Assembly: GCF_046119375.1 (NCBI RefSeq) | Contig: NW_027362770.1 | Location: 191,394,001 to 191,458,000, forward strand | From: Phyllobates terribilis | Lineage: Eukaryota | DNA length: 64,000 bases | Reading direction: 5' to 3' | Part shown: positions 49,780-62,431 of the stretch, piece after piece | Numbering within the stretch: the stretch's first letter is position 1 | Layout of the letters: every line of letters begins with the position of its first letter | Program-made: the position numbers and the translations under genes | The notes under the pieces: generated by a model | The model's input: only the letters and a program-made list of their open reading frames with translations | Database searches by the model: none | Told to the model about the DNA's origin: nothing

Positions 49780-51480
49780 CCTGTGTATAATGTCACTAGT
49801 GATCACTGTATTACCTGTACACTATATACAGAGCGTCTGTGTATAATGTCTCTGGTGATCCCTGTATTACCTGTACACTATATACAGAGATCCTGTGTAT
49901 AATGTCACTAGTGATCACTGTATTACCTGTACACTATATACAGAGCGTCTATGTATAATGCAAATGGTGATCCCTGTATTACCTGTACACTATTTACAGA
50001 GTGCCTGTGCATAATGTCACTAGTGATCACTGTATTACCTGTACACTATATACAGGGCTCCTGTGTATAATGTCGCTGTTGATCCTTGAATTACCGGTAA
50101 ACTGCCGCTATATGCAGAGTTCCTATGTATAATGTCACTTGTGATCCCAGTACAGTATATATAGTGCTCCTGTGTATAATGTCACCAGTGATCACTATAT
50201 TACCTGTACATTATACACTATATACAGAGCTCCTGTGTATAATGTCACAGGTGATCCCTGTACACCAGGGGTAGGCAATTAATTTTCCAGAGAGGCCATA
50301 TGAGAGACCGTGACTGTTTTGGAAGGCCGAACCAGTAGGCTGATATTAACTGCTCAATATTAATAGTAAGATATTAATTATAATTACTTTATTAATTGTA
50401 TCACTTAATATTGAGCAGAATTAAGTATGCTGACATCCCCTATATACCGTTTGAGTACACACACAGCCCCCTATATACCGTAAGAGGCTCCACACAGCCT
50501 CCCCATGTCCAGCAAGAGACCCCCCATGGCCACCTTCCCATGTCCAGCAGGGGACCCCCATAGCCATCTCCCCATGTCAAGCAGGAGACCATCATGGCCA
50601 CCTCCCCATGTCCAGCAGGAGACCCCCATGGCCATCTCCCCATGTCCAGCAGGAGACCCCCCATGGCCACCTCCCCGTGTCCAGAAACTGACCCCCATGG
50701 CCACCTCCAGGTGTCCAGCAGGAGACCCCCATGGCCACCTCCCCTTGTCCAGCAGGAGACCCCCATGGCCACCTCTCCATGTCCAGCAGGAGAACCCCAT
50801 GGCCACCTCCCCATGTCCAGCAGGAGACCCCCATGTACAGTAACTGACCCTCATGGCCTCCCCATGTCCTGCAACTGACCCCCATGTGCAGCAACTGACC
50901 CCCCATGGCCTGCAACTGACCCCCATGGCCTCCCCATGTCCTGCAACTGACCCCCAAAGCCATGAAAAAAAACACCAGATACTCACCACGCTCCCGTTGC
51001 TGTGTCATTCTCTGCTCCCGTCTCCGGTCCGCAGTGCACTGCTCGGCTGAGCTTACGCAATGACATGATGTCATCGCATCAGCTGTCTCACTTGGTGATT
51101 GGTGGAAGAAGGGGCCAGCGGCGCCATCTTCCACCAATGCAGTCACTGCTGTCTGCATCCTGAGGATGCACATAGCGGTGACAGACAGGCAGGGGAGTGT
51201 GCAGTGCGACAAGCAGGCAATGGCTGTCTCGGTTGTGCCGCACTTTGCCCAGACCACTATATACAGAGCTCCTGTGTATAATGTCACTGGTGATCCCTGT
51301 ATTACCTCTACACTGACATTATATACAGAGCTCCTGTGTATAATGTCACTGGTGATCCCTGTATTACCTGTATACTGACAATATATACAGAGCTCCTGTG
51401 TATAATGTCACTGGTGATCCTTGTATTATCTGTACACTGACACTGTATACTATCTACAGAGCTCCTGTATATAATGACAC
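49780..51480. repeat. 56/62-bp satellite (CTCCTGTGTATAATGTCACTGGTGATCCCTGTATTACCTGTACAC...), interrupted at 50266-51250
   Basis: A 62-bp period was verified at 51269/51331. The same unit occurs inverted at 59160-59570. Confidence 0.9.
50266..51250. mobile_element. Probable hAT-type MITE with an internal about 33-bp VNTR (50500-50950)
   Basis: Left terminus CAGGGGTAGGCAA. The right end is only partly matching (TTGCCCAGACC) and no TSD was recovered. Confidence 0.5.
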
Positions 51481-51519
51481 TTATGGTAATATTAGTAGTG
51501 TGTTTTTTTTATTATTTCT

Positions 51520-51867
51520 TGCTTATATTCCTCTGATGTTACACACCCGTCGCTCCCCAGACCAGTGGAGGCAGCTGATCTATGATGAGCTCACAAAGAC
51601 TGATCTATTCCTAGGTCTGAATCTCACATCTGCATTAATGGAGAAGACAAACACTTGTTTATCGAAGTGGGAACAGCTGCCAAGATAAATGAGCAAAGCA
51701 CAATATGGCGGGTATAAAGCACTATAGGGATTTAAACAGCACTATATGGAGCAATACAGTGATATATTCAGGGTACACAGTACTATGTATATGGGGGTAT
51801 ATAGCAGGACATGGAGGGTATACAGCACTATATATGGGGGTATGCTGCAGGAGATGGAGGATATATA
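51520..51867 (+). repeat. Histone-cluster spacer repeat, continuing at 62432 after the Tc1 nest
   Basis: Similar to 15045-15300 and 22890-23130. Confidence 0.8.
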
Positions 51868-52119
51868 CACTGCTCAAAAAATTAAAGGGAACACTCAAAT
51901 AACACATCCCAGATCTGAATGAATGAAATATTCTCATTGAATACTTTGTTCTGTACAAAGCTGAATGTGCTGACAACAAAATCACCCAAAAATCATCAAT
52001 GGAAATCACATTTATTAACCAATGGAGGCCTGGATTTGGAGTCACCCCCAAAACTAAAGTGGAAAAACACATTACAGGCTGATCCAACTTTGATGTAATG
52101 TCCTTAAAACAAGTCAAAA

Positions 52120-52332
52120 TGAGGCTCAGTATTGTGTGTGGCCTCCACGTGCCTGTATGACCTCCCTACAACGCCTGGGCATGCTCCTGATGAGGCTGAG
52201 TATTGTGTGTGGCCTCCACGTGCCTGTATGACCTCCCTACAACGCCTGGGCATGCTCCTGATGAGGCTGAGTATTGCATGTGGCCTCCACGTGCCTGTAT
52301 GACCTCCCTACAACGCCTGGGCATGCTCCTGA
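52120..52332. repeat. Three tandem copies of a 71-bp segment at the transposase 3' end
   Basis: TGAGG anchors at 52120, 52191, 52262 and 52333. Confidence 0.92.
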
Positions 52333-53240
52333 TGAGGTTGCGGATGGTCTCCTGTGGGATCTCCTCCCAGACCTGGACTAAAGCATCCGCCAACTCCTGG
52401 ACAGTCTGTGGTGCAACGTGACGTTGGTGGATGGAGCGAGACATGATGTCCCAGATGTGCTCAATCGGATTCAGGTCTGGGGAACGGGCGGGCCAGTCCA
52501 TAGCTTCAATGCCTTCATCTTGCAGGAACTGCTGACACACTCCAGCCACATGAGGTCTGGCATTGTCCTGCATTAGGAGGAATCCAGGGCCAACCGCACC
52601 AGCATATGGTCTTACAAGGGGGCTGAGAATCTCATCTCGGTACCTTATGGCCATCAGGCTACCTCTGGCGAGCACATGAAGGGCTGTGCGGCCCTCCAAA
52701 GAAATGCCACCCCACACCATTACTGACTCACTGCCAAACCGGTCTTGCTGAAGGATGTTGCAGGCAGCAGATCACTCTCCACAGCGTCTCCAGACTCTGT
52801 CACGTCTGTCACATGTGCTCAGTATGAACCTGCTTTCATCTGTGAAGAGCACAGGGCGCCAGTGGCGACTTTGCCAATCCTGGTGTTCTGTGGCAAATGC
52901 CAAGCGTCCTGCACGGTGTTGGGCTGTGAGCACAAACCCAATCTGTGGTCATCGGGCCCTCATACCACCCTCATGGACTCGGTTTCTAACCGTTTGTGCA
53001 GACACATGCACATTTGTGGCCTGCTGGAGGTCATTTTGCAGGGCTCTGGCAGTGCTCCTCCTGTTCCTCCTTGCACAAAGGCGGAGGTAGCGGTCCTGCT
53101 GCTGGGTTGTAGCCCTCCTACGGCCCCCTCCACGTCTCCTGGTGTACTGGCCTGTCTCCTGGTAGTGCCTCCAGCCTCTGGACACTACGCCGTCAGACAC
53201 CGCAAACCTTCTTGCCACAGCTCGCATTGATATGCCATCC
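52120..53240 (-). pseudogene. Tc1 transposase (HTH and DD34E-type domain), disrupted
   Basis: MVWGGIS, LMQDNARPH and WPARSPDLNPIEHIWD motifs. The N-terminus MRRTLQPTEVAQVVQLI lies near 62150-62210. Confidence 0.9.
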
Positions 53241-53839
53241 CAGGGGCGAACCTACCGCCCGTGCAGCCCGTTCATTGAACGGAGGCCCCGAGGGAGAGGG
53301 GGCCCCTCCAGCCTCCAGCAGGGCCGCCATCAGGGCATGACTGTCCTGACTCCAGTATGGGGCCCGGCCGGTCAGGGCCCCATTGGGGCCCCCCTCTTGT
53401 GCGTCTCCTCATGGGGCCCCCGCAGGGCCGGCGTCAGCACCTGGCGCACCCGGGCAAATGCCGGGGCCCTGAGCAAGCGGGGCGGTGCCTCACCGTCGGG
53501 CACCCCGCGCGCTATGGAACCCGTGAACGGAGGAGAGCGGTGTCAGCGCCCGCTCTGCCCCTGCTTGCTCAGGGCCCTGGCACAATACTTACCCCTCCCC
53601 GTGCCTCCACAGCAGCTCCTGCATCCTCCGCGGCTGCTGGACTGTGACGTCTCAGGTCAGAGGGTGCGGTGACGTCTTTACACCGCGCTCTCTCCTGAGC
53701 AGTCACAGCGCAGAGCGGGATGAGGCCGGCGACGCTGGAGTCCGGAGCAGCGGCAGCAGGTGAGACGTGAGGTGAGTATTTGATTTTTTTTTTTATTGTA
53801 TGGAAGCCTCTGGCAGTATAAGGGAGGGGGGTGAGGTGG

Positions 53840-54830
53840 GGGTGTGTGACATCCTGCATGGGGCATTATAAGGGAGGGGGGGGTGACATCCTGCATGGGG
53901 CATTATAAGGGAGGGGGGGTGTGACATCCTGCATGGGGCATTATAAGGGAGGGGGGGTGTGACATCCTGCATGGGGCATTATAAGGGAGGGGGGGGTGAC
54001 ATCCTGCATGGGGCATTATAAGGGAGAAGGGGTGTGTGACATCCTGCATGGGGCATTATAAGGGAGGGGGGGTGACATCCTGCATGGGGCATTATAAGGG
54101 AGGGGGGGGGTGACATCCTGCATGGGGCATTATAAGGGAGGGTGTGTGTGTGACATCCTGCATGGGGCATTATAAGGAAGGGGTGTCATCATGCTTGGGG
54201 CATTATAAGGGGGGGTGACATCCTATATGGGGGGGAACAGCCTGCATGTGTCATTATGTGTGGGGAACAGCCTGCATGGAGCGTTATATGGGGGCCAGTA
54301 TTCTGCATGGAGCGTTATATGGGGGCCAGTATCCTGCATGGAGCGTTATATGTGGGCCAGTATCCTGCATGGAGCGTTATATGGGGGCCAGTATTCTGCA
54401 TGGAGCGTTATATGGGGGCCAGTATTCTGTATGGAGCATTATATGGGGGCCAGTATCTTGAATGTAGCGTTATAAGGGGGCCAGTATTCTGTATGGAGCG
54501 TTATATGGGGGCCAGTATTCTATGTGGAACATTATATGGGGGCCAGTATCCTGTATGGAGTGTTATATGGGAGCCAATATTCTGTATGGAGTGCTATATG
54601 GGGGCCAGTATCCTGCATGGAGCGCTATATGGGGACCAGTATCCTGTATGGAGCGTTATATGAGGACCAGTATCCTGTATGGAGCGTTATATGGGGACCA
54701 GTATCCTGTATGGAGCGTTATATGGGGACCAGTATCCTGTATGGAGCATTTTATGGGGGCCAGTATTCTGTATGAAGCATTTTATGGGGGCCAGTCTCCT
54801 GTAAGGAGCATTTTATGGGGGCTAGTATAC
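53840..54830. repeat. Two adjacent about 31-bp minisatellites (53840-54220 and 54270-54830)
   Basis: Units GTGACATCCTGCATGGGGCATTATAAGGGAGGG(G)n and GCATGGAGCGTTATATGGGGGCCAGTATCCT. Confidence 0.9.
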
Positions 54831-54932
54831 TGTGTGGAGCGATTCGCTGGTTTCTGAGCTATTGTGGAATTTACAATAGGTATCACTCATGTAATGTAAG
54901 AAGTGAAATCTTTGCATTGCACTATATATATA

Positions 54933-55467
54933 CTAGATGGTGGCCCGATTCTAATGCATCGGGTATTCTAGAATATGTATGCGGCCGACAGGGCGCAATC
55001 AGCAGAGCGGTGTTTAAATTTGGCGCCAAAATCGCTGATTGGTCGCGGCCGGCAACCGCGACCAATCAGCAAAGCAGTGTTGAAATTTGGCGACTATATC
55101 GCTGATTGGTCACGGCCGGCGGGCGCGACTAATCAGCAGAGCGGGGTTTAAATTTTGCGCCAATAATGCTGATTGGTCGCGGCCAGCAATTTGGCGCCAA
55201 CAATGCTGATTAGTCGCGGCCGGCAATTTGGCGCCAACAATGCTGATTAGTCGCGGCCGGCAACCGCGACCAATCAGCAGAGCGGGGTCTAAATTTGGCG
55301 CCATATTCGCTGATTGGTCGCGGTTGACCTTGCGCCGGTCATCTCCCGGCTGCATCGCCGCTGAGCTCCGTCCCGCAGATGAGCCGCTAACGGCCGCCAT
55401 CTTTTTTCAGAAATCCCGCGGCGCTGATTGGCCGCTGCCGAACCAATGAGCGACGCGTGATTTCCAG

Positions 55468-55502
<35 letters not shown>

Positions 55503-57097
55503 GGGATAAGACAATTATACACTGTGTTCCAAATTATTAGGCAAATAATATTTTCTCAGATTTTCCCAAATTACCTATATGAATTGTAGTCATTGTAATT
55601 TTCCAGTCAAATAACTATTAGAGTACAATTGAAAGGTTTTTGTACAAACTGCCTATGATAACAGTATATTTTTAAAAAAATAAAAAACTCAAACTGCACT
55701 CAAAATGCATGTTCCAAATTATTATGCACAGCAGAGTTTTCAACCTTTTCATTTTAATAAAGAACAAAAAAATGGTCATTTTTGAAATTATAAGCATTAG
55801 CAGGTTATTAGAAACTGAAATCAAACAGTTTTCAACTCAAAACTTTATTCTAGGTGATGTTACATTTGCACATAGGACCGCTTGTTTGAAAGGAGCTTCT
55901 GAACTCTCTCGTCCATTGAATTTGTCAGGTTTTGGAGGGTTTCTGCTTCAATTGTTTTGCATGAGGACAGAATACCCTCCCAGAGCTGTTGCTTAGATGT
56001 GAACTGCCTCCCGCCATCATAGACACTCCTTTTGATGATGCTCCAGAGGTTCTCAATGGGGTTGAGGTCAGGGGAGCATGGGGGCCACACCATAAGTTTG
56101 TCCCCTTTTATGCCCATAGCAGCCAGAGATGCAGATGTGTTATGTGCAGCATGAGACGGGGCATTATCATGCATGAAAATGATCTTGCTGCGGAATGCAC
56201 GGTTCTTCTTCTTGAACCATGGAAGGAAGTGCTGTTTGAGAAACTCAACATACATTATGGAGTTCATCTTTACCCCTTCAGGGATCCTAAAAGGGCTGAC
56301 AATCTCTCTCCCCATGATTCCAGCCCAAAACATTACTCCACCTCCTCCTTGTTAGCGAAGTAGCCGTGTTTGCATGGGGTGTCCATCAACCAGCCATCCT
56401 CCACTCCATCCATCTGGACCATCGAGATCATTTCATGCATGAAAATGCCCCGTCTCATGCTGCACATAACACATCTGCATCTCTGGCTGCTACGGGCATA
56501 AAAGGGGACAAACTTATGGTGTGGCCCCATGCTCCCCTGACCTCAACCCCATTGAGAATCTCTGGAGCATCATCAAAAGGAGTGTCTATGATGGCGGGGG
56601 GCCGTTCACATCTAAGCAACAGCTCTGGGAGGGTATTCTGTCCTCATGCAAAACAATTGAAGCAGAAACCATCCAAAACCTGACAAATTCAATGGACGAG
56701 AGAGTTCAGAAGCTCCTTTCGAACAAGTGGTCCTATGTGCAAATGTAACATCACCTAGAATAAAGTTTTGAGTTGAAAACTGTTTGATTTCAGTTTGTAA
56801 TAACCTGCTAATGCTTATAATTTCAAAAAATACCATTTTTTTGTTCTTTATTAAAATGAAAAGGTTGAAAACTCTGCTGTGCATAATAATTTGGAACATG
56901 CATTTTGAGTGCAGTTTGAGTTTTTTATTTTTTTAAAAATATACTGTTATCATAGGCAGTCTGTACAAAAACCTTTCAATTGTACTCTAATAGTTATTTG
57001 ACTGGAAAATTACAATGACTGCAAATCATATAGGTAATTTGGAAAAATCTGAGAAAATATTATTTGCATAAAAATTTGGAACGCAGTGTATAGTAGA
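54933..57097 (-). mobile_element. Non-autonomous Helitron-like element split near its 5' end by a Tc1
   Basis: On the - strand it reads A|TCTACTA...hairpin...CTAG|T. Same family as 16640-18074. Confidence 0.8.
55520..57088. mobile_element. Fold-back Tc1 derivative made of two 3' ends, TA TSD
   Basis: The transposase C-terminus appears on - at 55860-56423 and again on + at 56424-56748. TIRs CACTGTGTTCCAAATT / AATTTGGAACGCAGTG are flanked by TA. Confidence 0.9.
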
Positions 57098-57239
57098 TTT
57101 CTCTTCAGTATCTGTGCATCATGAATCGTGGTATGTGTTAAAGGGGCCCACTGAGACTCTTTCGCCCGGGGCCCACAAAAACCTGGAGCCGGCCCTGGGC
57201 CCCCGGCCCCATGCTGAGCGCTAGCGCTGGTAAGGCCGC

Positions 57240-57899
57240 ACTTAGAATATTGTGCACAGTTCTGGGCTCCGGTGCTCAGGAAAGACATATTGGAGCTAGA
57301 GAGGGTACAAAGGAGGGCGACTAAGGTAATAAAGGGAATGGAGGGACTAGAATACCCAGAGAGGTTGTCAAAATTAGGCCTATTTACGTTGGAAAAGAGA
57401 AGGCTTAGGGGAGACCTCATAAACATGTATAAATACATCAGGGGGCAGTACAGAGATCTCTCCCATGACCTGTTTATACCAAGGATGGTGACAAAGACGA
57501 GGGGGCACACTATGCGTCTGGAGGAAAGGAGGTTCCTGCACCAGCATGGAAGGGGATTCTTTACGGTCAGAGCCGTGAGACTCTGGAACTCTCTGGGAGA
57601 GAAAGTGGTGATGTCCAACTCACTTAATGAATTCAAGAGAGGCCTGGACGCCTTTCTTGAGAACAATAAAATTACATCTTATGCTTAGTGACAGTTAATT
57701 AATCCAGGGATTTAATCTGACTGCCAGATTGGAGTCGGGAAGTGAATTTTTCCTCAATGATGTAAATTGGCCTATACCGCATGGTTTTTTTGCCTTCCCC
57801 TGGATCAATGCTGCGGAATAGCTGCAGTGCACAAGAAATAGGCTGAACTGGATGGACGCTTGTCTTTTTTCGGCCTTATAAACTATGTAAAATATGTAA
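57240..57899 (+). mobile_element. CR1 LINE 3' fragment with intact 3' UTR
   Basis: ORF 57272-57688 is the CR1 ORF2 C-terminus and it ends in AACTATGTAAAATATGTAA repeats. Confidence 0.9.
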
Positions 57900-59159
57900 G
57901 CGCCGGGACATCTCAGAGCTGCTTTCCTCCGTGTAGCAGTGCAGCGCTGCTGTGGCAGCGCCTTCATGATTCCCCTGACTTCCGGTCATGTGACGGCGCC
58001 GTCACATGGCCGGAAGTCAGGAGAACCTGGTGGCAGCGACGTGGACGAGCGCCAGGATTCTGCAGGGATCGCACGGGGGTAAGTATGACAAGTTTTATTT
58101 TTTTAAAATACAATTAATTAACTAGGAGTGGGGGGATCAGAGATGCACGGGGTGGGGGGTGAGATGCACGGGGGAATGAGAGCTGCACATGGGGGGGGTG
58201 AGAGATGCACAGGGGGGGATGAGAGATGCACATGGGGGATTATGTTTACATAACTTTGTTGCCCTATGAAGGGCAGGGGGGGGCAAAAAAATTATTGCAC
58301 AGGGGCCCACTACAGTCTGTGTCCGCAGGGGCGGACACAGACTGTAGTGGGCCCCTGTGCAAGAAATTTTGGGGGGCCCCCCCTGCCCTTCATAAGGCAA
58401 CAAAGTTATGTAAACATAACCCCCCATGTGCATCTCTCACCCCCCCATGTGCAGCTCTCATCCCCCCCATGTGCATCTCTCATCCCCCCCATGTGCATCT
58501 CTCATCCCCCCCATGTGCATCTCTCATCCCCCCCATGTGCATCTCTCACCCCCCCATGTGCATCTCTCACCCCCCCCATGTGCATCTCTCATCCCCCCCG
58601 TGCATCTCTGATTCCCCCCACTCCTAGTTAATTAATTGTATTTAAAAAAAATAAAACTTGTTATACTTACCCCCATGCAATCCCTGCAGAATCCTGGCGC
58701 TCGTCCACGTCGCTGCCACCAGGTTCTCCTGACGTTCGGCCATGTGACGGCGCCACATACATAGCCATCAGCTTTTGTTTTGGCCAAAAGATTTTTAAAG
58801 CCGCCACCACGATAAGGTAGACTCTTCTGGGCGGGCCCTACTCTAACCTATTAAAATTTTCTTAAAATATCCAATACTCTTTTTAGATATATTTTTATTT
58901 AGTTTTCTTTAAGGGAATGTGTCATATACATTTTTTTTTTAAATGACCAATAATACCACATACAGGGAATACCGCCACACCATGACCAGACCACATATTA
59001 CCACAACATAGTGACCGAATAATACCACACAGAAGGGAGAAAAACTGCCACACCATGACCAGACCACATATTACCACTACATTACTAATATTACCACCAC
59101 ATTACTAATATTACCATAAGTGTCATTATACACGGGAGCTCTATACATGGTATGTATAA

Positions 59160-59570
59160 CGTAAGTGTCCAGGTAATCTAGTGATCACCAGTGAAATTAT
59201 ACACAGGAGCTCTGTATATAGTGTCAGTGTACAGGTAATACAGTGACATTATACACAGGAGCTCTGTATATAGTGTACAGGTAATACAGTGATCATCAGT
59301 GACATTATACACAGGAGCTCTGTATATAGTGTCAGTGTACAGGTAATACAGGGATCACCAGTGACATTATACACAGGAGCTCTGTATATAGTGTCAGTGT
59401 ACAGGTAATACAGTGATCACCAGTGAAATTATACACAGGAGCTCTGTATATAGTGTCAGTGTACAGGTAATACAGTGATCACCAGTGACATTATACACAG
59501 GAGCTCTGTATATAGTGTCAGTGTACAGGTAATACAGTGATCACCAGTGACATTATACACAGTGTACATG
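59160..59570. repeat. 62-bp satellite (inverse of 49780-51480)
   Basis: Direct reading. Confidence 0.9.
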
Positions 59571-60084
59571 TAATAGACTGACTCACCGGTGACGTCTCTA
59601 GGTGAAGTCCTTCATCTTCGCTTTTCTCCTTCATCCAGCACAGACCGCCATCACGTCTTCCAGCCAGGACTCGTCTCTGCATAAAATAACACAGTTATCT
59701 AGAGCACATTCCCCAACTTCTACATTACGCAGCTGAATACAGACGTGCATCCACCATCAATATATGGTTAGTTATTAGGCAACCTACCATTCCAAATATA
59801 AATTGTAATCCACCACTGTGCCCCCATTAACTGTAAATAGGCACTTAATATATAATTTAATTAGAACCTCTACTCTTTCCGCCAATTTGTTACCAGTCAC
59901 ACTCCTGCATCCGCAACGCCCCCTACTCTATACTTCCTGCTCCCCGCATTCAATATTTACATGCACCCCCTGCCCCAATTCATTATATCATGTCCGTGCT
60001 CTCCCCACCCCATCATCATTTATCATTTACTCTCCCCCACCCCACATTCGTTATGTGCAGCTCATTATCCCCCTACTCCCAATT

Positions 60085-61548
60085 CCCCCCATGTGCAGCT
60101 CTCAAACCCCCCCATGTGCAGCTCTCATCCCCCTCCATGTGCCCCTCTCTCATCCCCCTCCCCCACATGTGCCCCTCTCTCATCCCCCTCCCCCACATGT
60201 GCCCCTCTCTCATCCCCCTCCCCCACATGTGCCCCTCTCTCATCCCCCTCCCCCACATGTGCCCCTCTCTCATCCCCCTCCACCACATGTGCACCTCTCT
60301 CATCTCCCCCCCCCACATGTGCCCCTCTCTCATCCCCCTCCACCACATGTGCACCTCTCTCATCTCCCCCCCCCACACATGTGCATCTCCCATCTCCCCC
60401 CCCACACATGTGCATCTCCCATCTCCCCCCCCACACATGTGCATCTCCCATCTCCCCCCCCCACACATGTGCATCTCCCATCTCCCCCCCACACATGTGC
60501 ATCTCCCATCTCCCCCCCACACATGTGCATCTCCCATCTCCCCCACACACATGTGCATCTCCCATCTCCCCCACACACATGTGCATCTCCCATCTCCCCC
60601 CCCCACACACATGTGCATCTCCCATCCCCCCCACACACACATGTGCATCTCCCATCCCCCCCACACACACATGTGCATCTCCCATCTCCCCCCCTACACA
60701 CATGTGCATCTCCCATCTCCCCCCCCCACACATGTGCATCTCCCATCTCCCCCCCCCACACACATGTGCATCTCCCATCCCCCCCACACACACATGTGCA
60801 TCTCCCATCTCCCCCCCTACACACATGTGCATCTCCCATCTCCCCCCCCCACACACATGTGCATCTCCCCCCCCCACATACATGTGCATCTCCCATCTCC
60901 CCCCCCCACACACGTGCATCTCCCATCTCCCCCCCCACACACGTGCATCTCCCATCTCCCCCCCCCCACACACGTGCATCTCCCATCTCCCCCCCCCACA
61001 CACATGTGCATCTCCCATCTCCCCCCCCACACACGTGCATCTCCCATCTCCCCCCCCCCACACACGTGCATCTCCCATCTCCCCCCCCCACACACATGTG
61101 CATCTCCCATCCCCCCCCACATGTGCATCTCCCATCCCCCCCCACATGTGCATCTCCCATCCCCCCCCACACACATGTGCATCTCCCATCTCCCCCCCAC
61201 ACACACATGTGCATCTCCCATCTCCCCCCCCTACACACATGTGCATCTCCCATCTCCCCCCCCACATACATGTGCATCTCCCATCTCCCCCCCCTACACA
61301 CACGTGCATCTCCCATCCCCCCCCCCACACACATGTGCATCTCCCATCCCCCCCCCCCACACACATGTGCATCTCCCATCTCCCCCCCACACACATGTGC
61401 ATCTCCCATCTCCCCCCCCCACACACATGTGCATCTCCCATCTCCCCCCACCACACACATGTGCATCTCCCATCTCCCCCCCCCACACACACACATGTGC
61501 ATCTCCCATCTCCCCCCCCACACACACACACATGTGCATCTCCCATCT

Positions 61549-61579
<31 letters not shown>

Positions 61580-61720
61580 TCCCATCTCCCCCCCCACACA
61601 CACACATGTGCATCTCCCATCTCCCCCCCCACACACACACATGTGCATCTCCCATCTCCCCCCCCCACACACACATACACACACACACACACACACACAT
61701 GTGCTTCTCCCATCTCTCCA
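60085..61720. repeat. C-rich minisatellite (CACATGTGCATCTCCCATCTCCCCCCC, about 25-35 bp)
   Basis: Direct reading. Variable C-runs and CA-runs, and a shorter related array at 58425-58620. Confidence 0.95.
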
Positions 61721-62431
61721 CTCCTAGTTAATTGTATTTTAAAAAAAATAAAACTTGTTATACTTACCCCCATGCGATCCCTGCAGAATCCTGGCGCTCG
61801 TCCAAATCGCTGACAGCAGGTTCTCCTGACTTCCGGCCATGTGACGGCACCGTCACATGACCGGAAGTCAGGGGAATCATGAAGGCGCTGCTGCAACAGC
61901 GCAGCTCAGCGCTGAAATGTCCCGGACCCGGCGCATAGCATGGGGCCGGGGGCCCCATGAGGAGAGAGACGCACAAGAGGGGGGCCCCCGAGGGGGCCCC
62001 TACCGGCCGGGCCCCATACTGGAGTCAGGGCAGTCATGCCCTGATGGCGGCCCTGCTGGAGGCTGGAGGGGCCCCCTCTCCCTCGGGGCCCCCGTTCAAT
62101 GAACCGGCTGCACGGGCGGTAGTTCCGCCCCTGTGTGTCCGCCCCTGTGCCATCCGGGATGAGCTGCACTACCTGAGCAACTTCTGTGGGTTGTAGAGTC
62201 CGTCTCATGCTACCGTGAGTGTGAAAGCACAACCAGCATTCAAAAGTGACCAAAACATCAGCCAGAAAGCATTGGTAGTGAGATGTGGTCTGTGGTCCCC
62301 ACCTGCAGAGCCACTCCTTTATTGAGGGTGTCTTGATAATTGCCAATAATTTCCATCTATTGTCTATTCCATTTGCACAACAGCATGTGAAATTGATTGT
62401 CAATCAGTGTTGCTTCCTAAGTGGACAGTTT

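Larger units (their letters stand above)
53423..57197. mobile_element. Nested hAT-type element
   Basis: 8-bp TSD GGCCCCCG (53415-53422, 57198-57205) and TIR CAGGGCCGGC. Confidence 0.92.
53241..62147. mobile_element. Composite fold-back hAT-type element
   Basis: 8-bp TSD TGCCATCC (53233-53240, 62148-62155), termini CAGGGGCG / CGCCCCTG, and long inverted arms. Confidence 0.9.
51868..62431 (-). mobile_element. Tc1 transposon (far TIR missing) hosting an 8.9-kb nested insertion
   Basis: TA|CACTGCTCAAAAAATTAAAGGGAACAC terminus. Transposase pieces lie at 52166-53240 and 62148-62210, and the reading frame resumes across the TSD. Confidence 0.9.

Noticed and set aside
50440-51287. ORFs of 94-231 aa in the 33-bp VNTR, and 54215-54857 in the 31-bp VNTR
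   Set aside because: Periodic translations of tandem repeats.
59818-61896. Long Pro/His-rich and Gly/Cys-rich ORFs on both strands
   Set aside because: Translation of a C-rich minisatellite, with no splice, promoter or domain evidence.
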